Shown here: positions 41,928 through 54,231 of the stretch, piece by piece | Layout of the letters: each line of letters starts with the position of its first letter | Position numbering within the stretch: position 1 is the first letter of the stretch | The notes under the pieces: generated by a model | What the model was told of the DNA's origin: nothing | Seen by the model: the letters and a program-made list of their open reading frames with translations, nothing else | The model's database searches: none | Position numbers and translations under genes: made by a program | Source of the DNA: Pseudobacteriovorax sp. | Lineage (GTDB): Bacteria > Bdellovibrionota_B > Oligoflexia > Oligoflexales > Oligoflexaceae | Reading direction: 5' to 3' | Length of the DNA stretch: 64,000 nt | Assembly: GCA_050293845.1 (NCBI GenBank) | Contig: JBNKNM010000005.1 | Span: 13,417 to 77,416, forward strand

Positions 41928-42497
41928 TCAGGTGAGCTCGATACCTTCTTCGTCGACAAGACGAACCATGGCTTTTGAGACTATTAGTCGGAAACGTCTA
42001 AGGTGGGATAAGACCGTATTTTGCTTAAGGTTAAGCTGTTCGGCTATTTCTTTAACCGACTTTTTTTGCAGATAAAACAATTTCGCAACGGTCGCTCGCG
42101 GTTCTCCCTTGTGGCTTTTAATAAGTTCGGTAAGCAACTGAATCGAGTGCTCAAAGTGAACAGTTGCCATAACATCATCGGCCACTAAAACAACTTCAGC
42201 TACGCCCTCATCATCGGAAATCGAATCGGTACCAGCTATTGAAATAGTCTTTTTTTGACGCCTAATTTCATTAAGGCATTTATTGCGGGCGATGGTAATC
42301 AACCACCCTCCAAAAGCTCTAACATCCCTTAGGGAGTCAAGATTCTGCCAAGCTTGAATAAAAACTTCCTGGATCAAGTCATCTGCGGCACCGTCATAAA
42401 ACTTAAATTTCTGCACCGTCGCAGCTACACCACCATAGTACTTCCTGTAGATATCTTCAAAACTACCAATACCAAGATGTTCCTCTTTAAAGCTCAT
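41928..42497 (-). CDS. ECF-family RNA polymerase sigma factor
   Basis: Region 2 ADDLIQEVFIQAW...F.GWL.TIARNKCLN; region 4 SVKEIAEQL.L...TV.SHLRR. Confidence 0.93.
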   Translation of the reverse strand: MSFKEEHLGIGSFEDIYRKYYGGVAATVQKFKFYDGAADDLIQEVFIQAWQNLDSLRDVRAFGGWLITIARNKCLNEIRRQKKTISIAGTDSISDDEGVAEVVLVADDVMATVHFEHSIQLLTELIKSHKGEPRATVAKLFYLQKKSVKEIAEQLNLKQNTVLSHLRRFRLIVSKAMVRLVDEEGIELT

Positions 42498-42507
42498 CGA
42501 CTTCCTT

Positions 42508-43317
42508 TCACTCTACCTCAATCTGGGTGGTGTCGCGCCACTTAAATATCGTTTCTTCGCCCTCTGCTGACGATTCTTCCGTTAAGCTTGTTAACATGTC
42601 GCTACTACCCAATTCCCCTTGTGTCACGAATAAACTGATTTCAACATTAGACTCTACTGTAATCGCCCAAGGGTCCGAACCAAACATCACCAGCCCCGTG
42701 TCCATAGTGCCATTTAAGAATGTTTGTATTTCCCGTCCCGACACGCGAATATGTACGAAAGCGGCATCCGCACAGTTCATGCGTAAATTAACTGATTGTG
42801 GTGTGGCAAGCTGAAAGACCAAACCATTTCCCTTCAGGCTACCGCTGCTCCTACCAATAAATTCGTAGTCACAGTCTATGCCCTCACCAGAGTTGATTCC
42901 CTTAAATGATTCCTGTAGAGGGTCTATGGTCGCGATGTGCTTTGGCTTGTTAGCAACATACATAAAAAGGGCTATTGACGCAGCTGCCATAAATAAAAGA
43001 CTCCACTGCGTTTTTTTTATAGACCTGGAAGGTAGCGCAACAACTACATCACTCTGCGGCTTAGCATGCGTTTCTAAACTTTTCTTAATTGCCTCCCAAT
43101 TCCTTGTCTGGTCGCCATCCTGCTGTGCATGGTCTTCGCCTTTGGCAGGCGGTACTTCCCCCACAAGGCGAGAAATCTCTTGTGAGAGAGCTAGTTCTTC
43201 TTTCCATAGCTCTTCGTCCGTCATATTTGCGTCATCTAAGATCTTCTCCTCTTCAGAAACCAATGCCAATAGTTTCTTCTTATCCTCGGGAGAGAGATTT
43301 GTCGTTTTAGAACTCAA
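42508..43317 (-). CDS. Single-pass membrane protein, putative anti-sigma-like factor
   Basis: Acidic N-terminus with W..I, one TM (WSLLFMAAASIALFMYV), then FKG..C; ends 10 nt before the ECF sigma start. Confidence 0.6.
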   Translation of the reverse strand: MSSKTTNLSPEDKKKLLALVSEEEKILDDANMTDEELWKEELALSQEISRLVGEVPPAKGEDHAQQDGDQTRNWEAIKKSLETHAKPQSDVVVALPSRSIKKTQWSLLFMAAASIALFMYVANKPKHIATIDPLQESFKGINSGEGIDCDYEFIGRSSGSLKGNGLVFQLATPQSVNLRMNCADAAFVHIRVSGREIQTFLNGTMDTGLVMFGSDPWAITVESNVEISLFVTQGELGSSDMLTSLTEESSAEGEETIFKWRDTTQIEVE

Positions 43318-43341
43318 GCAAAATTACTCCCCATGTTATCA

Positions 43342-44994
43342 TCACCAAAATGTTCCTAGAAATATACTACCTGAAGTACTAAGTATTATCGCATTACCTT
43401 CATCTGTAAAGTTTTGATGAGCACCTATCGTCAGTTCAGTACCAAATTTAATCAGATGGTATGGCATAATCATATCAATGCCAATAGTGGAGCTTAACCC
43501 AGGTACAAGTCTTTTTCCAGATTGCTCATAAAAAGATTCATTACTTACAAATCGGTCAATATATAAAAGAGAAATACCAGCAGCAAAGCGCCCTTGTGTT
43601 CTTATAAAGCGATCTTTGGTGGTTAGCTTCTGAATGCTGGTACTAGATCCCAATTGTACGTCCAAAATACCCATGGACCGTTCTTGCCCAACTTTGGTAT
43701 CATTCACTTCAATGGTCTCGTTATTCTTAAATGCATAACTTGCGCGGATGAAAAGATCATAAATATCATACGCTTCTTCTAACCGATAATTAAGATCTAG
43801 CATATTAGTATCACTAGAGGCATAACCTGCGCGAATCTTATCGGAAAGAAAATAAAATGACCGGGCTCCCACTAAAAAAGAGTGGGGAAGACGAGGGACT
43901 AGGTAGTTAGCCACAGAATATTCGCGACCAGCCTCAAACTTGACAACACGGTCGGCAACGATTTTTTTTGTCTCTGGCTCCATGAGGGTCAAACGAACCT
44001 TTCCATCGGGCACAACAAGACCTTTTTCCAACGATCCCATATTCTTACCATCAACGCTCACCAATAAATTCGCATATTGACTCAACAACGAATATAAAGA
44101 TGCACGTCCCGTTTTCCTTACTTTTCCTTTAATGATTATGGGATCAGCACCAAGTAATTCCATGATAGCAGAGGGACGCTGTCGGCCTTTGGTATAGCTA
44201 TATGTCATTGAAGATGCATGAGTATGAGCTTCGGTAATTGATACAGCACCATCACCATTCTTGTCCTGATTGAAGCCATCAAGCAAAAAGTGAGTATAAA
44301 CATCATTTTTTAACTGGTTATCTTCCAGAGCTGGCTCACGCCAACCACTAGCGGTCAAAATAATAGAGCCTTCCGAACGCTGCTGAATGGGCTGATCAAA
44401 GTACGGAGACTTAAAATTGGCTAAAGCGCGTTTCATTTGAGGTGTTAGGACACTCTTTCCAACCCCGGAGTGGCAAAAGGCGAGAATCAGTACCTTTTTT
44501 CTTGAGCGCAGCTTATTAAATCGCTCTAGAAACTGATCGTAATCGATAGCTGTTTCTCGGAGATTTTTAGGGTCAGTATCGCTAGTGATAATATATCGGC
44601 CTATTTTACCATCTTCTTTGTATGCGACTGTACCATGGGTAGAGATGTAAACGACAATAGTGTCATCCTTTAGCCGATTGCTTTCAGCAATTTTGGTCAG
44701 AGCATTTTCAATATCTCGCTTTTCAACAAGCGGCTTTTTCAGAGCTTCACTATTAATTAACAAGCCCCCATCAAAGCCGACCTGAGAGCTTGTGAATTTC
44801 GAGAATACATCACCAGCGTCCTTACCTGAAAAACTTAGATCACGCCAGAGCTCGTCATTAAAATTATTGACACCAATAGCGAGGACTAATTTTTTGGGAC
44901 GTAAACTTTCTTCGATTAATTTCTTATCTGCTCCATGCAAGCTTTTACTACCAAGCAAAAAAAGGTAAATCAGTGTAAGCTTCCATCTATTCAT
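43342..44994 (-). CDS. Exported caspase-family (peptidase C14) protein with probable C-terminal beta-barrel
   Basis: Signal peptide; LAIGVNNF; His motif YISTHG; Cys motif LAFCHSG; ILTAS...A.E; YTHFLLDG; D.NGDG; Q.P; C-terminus of amphipathic strands ending FW. Confidence 0.85.
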   Translation of the reverse strand: MNRWKLTLIYLFLLGSKSLHGADKKLIEESLRPKKLVLAIGVNNFNDELWRDLSFSGKDAGDVFSKFTSSQVGFDGGLLINSEALKKPLVEKRDIENALTKIAESNRLKDDTIVVYISTHGTVAYKEDGKIGRYIITSDTDPKNLRETAIDYDQFLERFNKLRSRKKVLILAFCHSGVGKSVLTPQMKRALANFKSPYFDQPIQQRSEGSIILTASGWREPALEDNQLKNDVYTHFLLDGFNQDKNGDGAVSITEAHTHASSMTYSYTKGRQRPSAIMELLGADPIIIKGKVRKTGRASLYSLLSQYANLLVSVDGKNMGSLEKGLVVPDGKVRLTLMEPETKKIVADRVVKFEAGREYSVANYLVPRLPHSFLVGARSFYFLSDKIRAGYASSDTNMLDLNYRLEEAYDIYDLFIRASYAFKNNETIEVNDTKVGQERSMGILDVQLGSSTSIQKLTTKDRFIRTQGRFAAGISLLYIDRFVSNESFYEQSGKRLVPGLSSTIGIDMIMPYHLIKFGTELTIGAHQNFTDEGNAIILSTSGSIFLGTFW

Positions 44995-45060
44995 TGCTAT
45001 ATCTCCTGCATCATATTCAAGGGTGTCTATCTAGCAGGGTTTGTAATATAGATCAAGTAC

Positions 45061-47682
45061 TTACTTTTGACACTTGGAATATTTTTTTTGAATTGCTATT
45101 TGGGGAGTTCCCACGGGGACATCAAAACTACTGTAAGTCTGCATAAATTTTCGTATTTCAGTATACTGGGGTGAAACAACCCAATGCTCCAGATCCCAAA
45201 GTATCGGCAGAGGAACATTCATACTAGCCAAACTTGCTAATGCACCTGTATTGTCTTGGTAAATGCAGGTTGCAAATCTTGCAAGTATTTTGCCGATAAG
45301 TGTAAAACCATCTTCATGTCCATACTTACCTGATAAAGACACCAGACTAAACCATGCCTTGCGCTGCAAGGGACTAAGCGAGCGCATCCACTTTCCGACT
45401 CGCCCTTTAAGCTTCTGATCATTATTCTTGTGAATTTTAGGGATCAAACCCTCTAGTTCATCATGAAGCCATGCCAACTGCCAGCGCCAGGATATGATTC
45501 CTAACTTTTCAGCTAGCTTCATAAAAACGTTTGTCCAGGGAGTTTCTGGTAGAAACTCAGCAAAAGGGGGGCTTGCGAAAGTCAAAAATTCGGGATGGCT
45601 CGAGTATAATTTGCGCGTTCCCCCTAACCACTCATGACGCTGTAATGTTTCTATAACCCTGTGGGCAAACTGACTTTCTTTTCCGGGTTTCACCAATTTT
45701 ACCTTGCTATTAATCATGCTTAACAGCTCGGGAATCCGCTCACCTATCATCAGTATAGCCTGTGCTAGGTTTTTATCATCTTGGCTCATGTCCCGATAGA
45801 GTAAAGGTATCAACTTCGCTGGTAATGCTCTAAGCAAACGGTCTTGTCGCCTTTCCCCCGATAAAAGCCAAACCTGTTGGATTTCCCGACTGAGCACTTG
45901 GCGATGAAATAAGATGCTAGCAACCCGCCAAGACAAGTCATAGATTTTTAAGTCGCGGCTGAGGGTCCACAACCGTTCCAAATCCATATTGGTGAAATGA
46001 GACATATGACTTTTTTTCAAAACTAGATGCATCTCGGTTAAAGGGTCAACGCGCTTTTGCGCTATGGATTGCAACCGGTCAATCGTTTGCAGTCGGGGAT
46101 TGATGGCATGAGATATATAAGCTTCTATGTCCTGACTACTGATATCAAGGTGATGTCCCACAACTTTGATACGACGTAAAACTTCCTGTCGCTGCTCCTC
46201 ATTAAATTTAGAGGTTCGGCTGATCCACAATACTAATTCCCCATGGATCTTTTCCCAAGCCACGGCATCTGGTACCGAGGAACTGCCATAGGATTGTTCC
46301 ACCTGTTCTTTAGCCTCCCAAAGTAGGCCCTCGTCAGAGCACCCTTGTCCTACAAACCTATGAACAAGGGCAACGCCACACCAATAGCGTTTTTTGTAGG
46401 GGTCTCCTGTCTCTAACGATAATAGAGGCTCCCAAAGAGCCCTTTCAAAGACAGGAGCACGAAACTCTAATTGCCTTGCTGAGAAGACCTTAAAAAGATT
46501 TGGTAAGAGATGATCTAGATCTGCATATTGCGCTAACAATCGACTCAATTGATTCCAGGACTCGGCACTTTCAGGAAACCATTTAAGCGGTTTTAACAGC
46601 AAGTTGTTGAGAGCTGTGCGTTCCCGATGACGCATTCCCTGCTGCATAGCTACCTTTTCCAAGAAGGCAGACATGAGTTTCAATCGGGTTCGCCAATTAC
46701 TTTCCTTTACCAATTGGCGTCCAAACAAGCAGTAACCTTGACCGTCCAGTTGCACCTTGAATGTCAGTAAAATGTTCAGAGCTTCAGAAAATTCCTGATC
46801 TGGTTTTTTGATTTTTTCTAAGTAATAGATTGCATCCTGGTCTTTCCCCAAACGTTTTGCAAGCTTGCCAACTTCTAAAAAAAATAGACTGGGTCGTAAT
46901 TTCAGCTGACTGCCGTATTCCTTCACCGCACTAAAAATATCATCTTGAAACTTACGAAAAAAATCCCAGGCTTTTATCTGATCAGCACAGCCATATAATG
47001 ACCAAAATACAAATAGCTTTTCCACACGCAGTAACTGACCAAGATAAGTCTTCTGATGTAAATAATGATTGAGTACTCCCTCTTTCCCTGACCTCCACAT
47101 TTTCAAAACAATATAAGGCCTAAGGTCGGCACCAACAGTAAAATAACCCGCACGATTTTTTGTTTTAAGCTGATTTAAAAGCTGAAATACTTCTGTTGTT
47201 GTTCCGTGTAGATAGGCTAACTCGATCATTTTTCCAGCTATTTCAGCTGACGGCCATTTATCAAAAATCTCCCAGGCATAGGGCTTCATATCTTGCCAGC
47301 TGCTTTCCATGGCGATGAGTCGCCGCAGAATGATTTCCGCCTCCACATCTTGAGATGTCATGACCCGGCCTGATACCATTTTCGATTTCTTAGTACCGAG
47401 CTCTGCAGCAGACCTGGATTTTGCCTTGGAAGCTCCTTCCCTGATAACTTGGGGCGATGTTGACTGTTCTTTGCATAAGTCTGGGGGTGAGACTTTTTGC
47501 ACTGGAGGTGCAGTATTGGCAATGTTTTTGGGAAATAAGCCCTCGGACGAGGGCATTTTTGTGGTTAATGTTTCACTGGTACTTTTATGCACCGAACTAA
47601 CACCAAGCTGTTTTGCTAGACGCTCCAATCGAACACGGCGCAAAGATTGCTCTAATGAATCTGTGGGTTTCTGCTGGTCCAT
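45061..47682 (-). CDS. Large hypothetical alpha-helical (TPR-like) protein
   Basis: 873-aa ORF; AGGAG SD before ATG 47682; low-complexity N-terminus followed by helical repeats. Confidence 0.65.
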   Translation of the reverse strand: MDQQKPTDSLEQSLRRVRLERLAKQLGVSSVHKSTSETLTTKMPSSEGLFPKNIANTAPPVQKVSPPDLCKEQSTSPQVIREGASKAKSRSAAELGTKKSKMVSGRVMTSQDVEAEIILRRLIAMESSWQDMKPYAWEIFDKWPSAEIAGKMIELAYLHGTTTEVFQLLNQLKTKNRAGYFTVGADLRPYIVLKMWRSGKEGVLNHYLHQKTYLGQLLRVEKLFVFWSLYGCADQIKAWDFFRKFQDDIFSAVKEYGSQLKLRPSLFFLEVGKLAKRLGKDQDAIYYLEKIKKPDQEFSEALNILLTFKVQLDGQGYCLFGRQLVKESNWRTRLKLMSAFLEKVAMQQGMRHRERTALNNLLLKPLKWFPESAESWNQLSRLLAQYADLDHLLPNLFKVFSARQLEFRAPVFERALWEPLLSLETGDPYKKRYWCGVALVHRFVGQGCSDEGLLWEAKEQVEQSYGSSSVPDAVAWEKIHGELVLWISRTSKFNEEQRQEVLRRIKVVGHHLDISSQDIEAYISHAINPRLQTIDRLQSIAQKRVDPLTEMHLVLKKSHMSHFTNMDLERLWTLSRDLKIYDLSWRVASILFHRQVLSREIQQVWLLSGERRQDRLLRALPAKLIPLLYRDMSQDDKNLAQAILMIGERIPELLSMINSKVKLVKPGKESQFAHRVIETLQRHEWLGGTRKLYSSHPEFLTFASPPFAEFLPETPWTNVFMKLAEKLGIISWRWQLAWLHDELEGLIPKIHKNNDQKLKGRVGKWMRSLSPLQRKAWFSLVSLSGKYGHEDGFTLIGKILARFATCIYQDNTGALASLASMNVPLPILWDLEHWVVSPQYTEIRKFMQTYSSFDVPVGTPQIAIQKKYSKCQK

Positions 47683-47888
47683 GATCACTCTCCTAGCAAG
47701 TTATACTATTTTAGCATGGTGAAATGGACCGAACCAGTCTGCAAGAAACCTGTCTTTTGCAACGTAGCAATTTATCAAGAATTGTTTAAGTATAATAATA
47801 ATATTGACGCATATTATCGTTGTGTTGTAAAACCCACGCTTGCACGGTACTTGCATCAATGTGTATCCACCATGCTCGCGAGGTATTC

Positions 47889-49295
47889 ATGACCAGTATT
47901 ATGGTCTTAGAATTTGAGGGTAGTTTTGACCACCATCGATCCACGGTGCAGAATATCATATCGCATATCACTACTGTTAAAAGTTCTTTGGAGCTAGTTG
48001 ACCGCTGCCAAGAAGACAATTACCTAGCGGCTATTATCGATTTTGATCACCCTTTATGCCAAATCGAAATCATTCGACAAATAAAAACTCTTTCTCCTCT
48101 AACGCGAATATTAGCTATGGGCACCTTACCTAAGGTGAGCGATGTCATTGCGGCGATAAAAATGGGAGCTTGCGATTTTCTCGTTAAACCATGCTCTCCT
48201 GCAGAATTAACAAACTTTATCGAATCATTGAGCTTACCTGATAGCAACAGTCTGCCGCTTCCTGTTCGCCTGCAAGATGGTAAAAAGATCATTGGCAATT
48301 CAGAAAAAATAATGCAGGTTTTTAAGCTCATCGACAGGTTATCAAATGTTGACACATCAGTATTAATCAGAGGGGAAAGCGGGACGGGAAAAGAACTTGT
48401 CGCTCAAGCGCTGCACTATAGCTCGGAAAGAAGAGAGGGACCATTTGTAGCGGTAAATTGCGGTGCTATTCCTGAAAACCTCGTTGAAAGTGAGCTATTT
48501 GGATTTGAGCGAGGGACTTTCACCGGGGCTGACAAAAAAAAGCTCGGTAAGTTTCAATTCGCTTCTAAAGGAACTATATTTCTCGATGAAATCGGGGACA
48601 TTTCCCCGCAAATGCAGGTTAAATTGCTGCGTGCTCTTCAAGAGAAGAAAGTGACCCCTGTTGGTAGCAATACTGAAGTCGCTATCGATGTTCGTGTTGT
48701 CTCAGCAACAAATAAAAATCTAGAAAAAATGGTTAAAAATGGCAGTTTTCGTTCAGATTTGTATTATCGCCTCAACGTGATGCCTATCCACCTTCCCCCC
48801 CTGAGGGAGCGGGTCGAGGACATCGAAGAGCTATGCCTATTTATGATTGACAAGTTCAACAAACTCCACAATCGCAACATACTTAATATTAGCCCTGAAG
48901 CCCTCCTGCAACTTCAGCAATATTCTTGGCCGGGTAATGTACGCGAGTTGGAAAACGTTATTGAACACGCGTTTATTATTGAGAATTCCGATATTATTCA
49001 TCCCATGGCTCTCCCTAGTTATATGCAAAGCAACGACCTCGCTATGAACGGCCATGGTTTGGACCCCCTGGATAACAATAAAGAGTCACTATTAACGTCA
49101 GTAAGAAGTTTATCCGAGAAAGAACTTAAATATCCTTTACTCAAAGAGGAATTTGAAAAAGAATTCATCAGGATGGCCTTAAAAACATACCGCGGCCGGA
49201 TTAATATGACGGCTGAGCAGACACAAATGACTAAAGTGACTCTACTGAGGAAACTAGAAAAATATAATATTAACCCTCGCGACTTTCAGCACTAG
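47889..49295 (+). CDS. sigma54-dependent transcriptional activator (NtrC/AtoC-like) with atypical receiver domain
   Basis: GESGTGKE, VNCGAIP, ESELFG, GTFTGA, FLDEIG, FRSDLYYRL, WPGNVREL, C-terminal HTH; GAGGT SD before ATG 47889. Confidence 0.9.
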   Translation: MTSIMVLEFEGSFDHHRSTVQNIISHITTVKSSLELVDRCQEDNYLAAIIDFDHPLCQIEIIRQIKTLSPLTRILAMGTLPKVSDVIAAIKMGACDFLVKPCSPAELTNFIESLSLPDSNSLPLPVRLQDGKKIIGNSEKIMQVFKLIDRLSNVDTSVLIRGESGTGKELVAQALHYSSERREGPFVAVNCGAIPENLVESELFGFERGTFTGADKKKLGKFQFASKGTIFLDEIGDISPQMQVKLLRALQEKKVTPVGSNTEVAIDVRVVSATNKNLEKMVKNGSFRSDLYYRLNVMPIHLPPLRERVEDIEELCLFMIDKFNKLHNRNILNISPEALLQLQQYSWPGNVRELENVIEHAFIIENSDIIHPMALPSYMQSNDLAMNGHGLDPLDNNKESLLTSVRSLSEKELKYPLLKEEFEKEFIRMALKTYRGRINMTAEQTQMTKVTLLRKLEKYNINPRDFQH

Positions 49296-49369
49296 ATAGC
49301 CAATATCTCTAAAGTCAAACACAGATCCTTTTGTTAAGATATTAATTGAATTTTGGCATGGAGTAGGAT

Positions 49370-52197
<2,828 letters not shown>

Positions 52198-52241
52198 AAT
52201 GGTAAATAGGCAAGTAAATATAAATATTTGTCCTACAAAAG

Positions 52242-53027
52242 GTGTATAGAGATAGATTTAAATATTGTATGTTATTAACTGTGGACGCTAAGATAGGCCC
52301 TGTCCTGCTTGAAAACAAAAATGTGGAGCGCAAAACGTTGGTTCTAGAAGAAGGGAATGATGCTAAAAAAAAGAAGATTCCATCAGGGTCCGTAAAGCTA
52401 CAAAATGCTGGCGATTTAATTTTTGCCCGTTGCCCCGACCGCGAGTTAGCTCAGCTGTTTCGACGATATGAAGCAATTTTAGAATATTTTGCCAATCTCG
52501 ATCGAGAAGAGCGCTTATTAAATTATAAATTTTTTTTGGGATTGATTCTAACTAGCCATGCAAAGAAAATTCAAAGTATCGATGAGAGAAAAGCTATCTT
52601 CGACATGAAAAATGAGCTCTTTTTCAACATCGCTAACAACCGTAATACGAGGCGCAAAGTTGCTTTTAAATATCTAGCCTCGAAGAACTTCCGCGTCATC
52701 GAGTTCTGTGAGAAGTGTATTAAGGAGAATACTGAGGCCAAGCGCCCCCGCCACAAGTGGAAGTTTTGTATCAAATGTAAAGTTGATAGAAAGTTTTATA
52801 ATGTACTACAAATGGCCCATCACTTTGAAAATGGAACCATGTCTCTTTTTTTGAGTAACGACCTCATACATAAAATCCCCGGCCTGAAGATCACAACTAA
52901 ATACAAGCTGGAAGGAGCCAAAGAGGAAGGTAAGTTTGATAAGTACCACTATAACGTAAGGAATCTGGATGTTTTTGACCTAGAGTCAGTAAAAAAAGTC
53001 CAGAGCAAAATTATTACGGTAAACTAA
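52242..53027 (+). CDS. Hypothetical basic protein with two CxxC motifs
   Basis: 261-aa ORF with FCEKC and FCIKC. Start uncertain. Confidence 0.6.
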   Translation: MYRDRFKYCMLLTVDAKIGPVLLENKNVERKTLVLEEGNDAKKKKIPSGSVKLQNAGDLIFARCPDRELAQLFRRYEAILEYFANLDREERLLNYKFFLGLILTSHAKKIQSIDERKAIFDMKNELFFNIANNRNTRRKVAFKYLASKNFRVIEFCEKCIKENTEAKRPRHKWKFCIKCKVDRKFYNVLQMAHHFENGTMSLFLSNDLIHKIPGLKITTKYKLEGAKEEGKFDKYHYNVRNLDVFDLESVKKVQSKIITVN

Positions 53028-53042
53028 AGTAAAAAGCTAACA

Positions 53043-53061
53043 AGAGGGGCAAGCCCCTTTG
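53043..53061. terminator. Probable terminator hairpin between convergent genes
   Basis: AGGGG-CAAG-CCCCT with A-rich left and T-rich right flanks. Confidence 0.55.
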
Positions 53062-53097
53062 TAAGCATTGGCTATGGTTACAGAACAAAACCTTCCT

Positions 53098-54204
53098 TTA
53101 CTCTCCAAACAGCTTATGGAAAAAGCCGCTTTCCTTGCCGTGGATAGTGTCACCGCTAACCTCAGCAAACTTCAGTAGTAGGTCCTTTTGCTCTTTGTTC
53201 AGCTTCGTAGGTATTTTCACCCCTAACTCCACATAGAGGTCGCCACGGCCAACTCCTTTAAGCCTAGGAATTCCGCCACCAGGAACAGTTACTCGATGAC
53301 CATGCTGCATGCCAGGAGGTACAGTGACATCCGTCTTCTCACCCTCTAGGGTAGGTATCCGTAAACTGCAGCCAAGAGCTGCTTGTGCCATACTGATATC
53401 CGCTTGAAAGATAAGATCGTAACCATCGCGTTCAAAGTATTGACTTTCTTTTACCTGTAAAAAGACAAAAAGGTCGCCACAAGGTCCTCCATTACTGCCA
53501 CCTTGTCCTTCTCCACTGACCCGTAAGCGAACACCCTGATCAACTCCTGCAGGTATCTTGACACTAACCTTCTTTTTCTCAACAGATTTGCCACGACCAC
53601 GGCATGATTTACAGGGATTGGAAATGACCTCCCCTTCGCCATGGCAGCTGGGGCATGCTGTAGCCACTGAGAAAAACCCCTGGGTACGGCGCACTTGGCC
53701 CGCCCCTCGGCAGGTCGTACAGGTTTTCTTGCCCCCCGGTTCAGCGCGGCTGCCATTGCAAGTTTTGCAAACAATTTCTCGATTAAATTCAATATCTTTT
53801 TCGACGCCAAAAGCTGCTTCTTCAAACTCCAAAACTAGATCATAGCGGAGATCAGCTCCTTTGCGCTGTCGATGGCCGCGACCACCGGGGCCTCCTGAAA
53901 AGCCGAAAAAATCTTCGAAAATTGAGCCGAAACTAGAAAAAATATCACTGACATCTGAAAAACCCTCAAAGCCCTGACCAGAAAGTCCTGCATGGCCGTA
54001 GGTATCGTAGACTTTGCGCTTTTCATCACTGGCAAGAACTTCATAAGCTTCGGAGCACTCTTTAAATTTATTTTCCGCTTCAGGGCTATCAGGGTTGCGA
54101 TCGGGATGGTACTGCATGGCAAGTTTTCTGTAGGCTTTCTTGATATCCTGGGAGGAAGCTCCGCGGGAAACCCCAAGCACCTCATAGTAATCCCTTTTCT
54201 CCAT
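53098..54204 (-). CDS. dnaJ: Chaperone DnaJ
   Basis: J domain with HPD, G/F-rich DIF repeats, four CxxCxGx(G/R) motifs. Confidence 0.97.
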   Translation of the reverse strand: MEKRDYYEVLGVSRGASSQDIKKAYRKLAMQYHPDRNPDSPEAENKFKECSEAYEVLASDEKRKVYDTYGHAGLSGQGFEGFSDVSDIFSSFGSIFEDFFGFSGGPGGRGHRQRKGADLRYDLVLEFEEAAFGVEKDIEFNREIVCKTCNGSRAEPGGKKTCTTCRGAGQVRRTQGFFSVATACPSCHGEGEVISNPCKSCRGRGKSVEKKKVSVKIPAGVDQGVRLRVSGEGQGGSNGGPCGDLFVFLQVKESQYFERDGYDLIFQADISMAQAALGCSLRIPTLEGEKTDVTVPPGMQHGHRVTVPGGGIPRLKGVGRGDLYVELGVKIPTKLNKEQKDLLLKFAEVSGDTIHGKESGFFHKLFGE

Positions 54205-54231
54205 AATCACAGACCTTTCTTCTCCATTATT

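Noticed and set aside
42878..43417. 179-aa plus-strand ORF and the many other short antisense or alternate-frame ORFs in the track
   Set aside because: They lie opposite or inside well-supported genes, have Ser-rich shadow-ORF composition and show no motifs.
47803..47830. dif-like site (ATTGACGCATA TTATCG TTGTGTTGTAA)
   Set aside because: Poor match to the strongly conserved XerD arm, and it sits in a divergent promoter region close to an rRNA operon.
54205..54231. CIRCE or heat-shock promoter before dnaJ
   Set aside because: The spacer is only 27 nt and has no TTAGCACTC-N9-GAGTGCTAA repeat.
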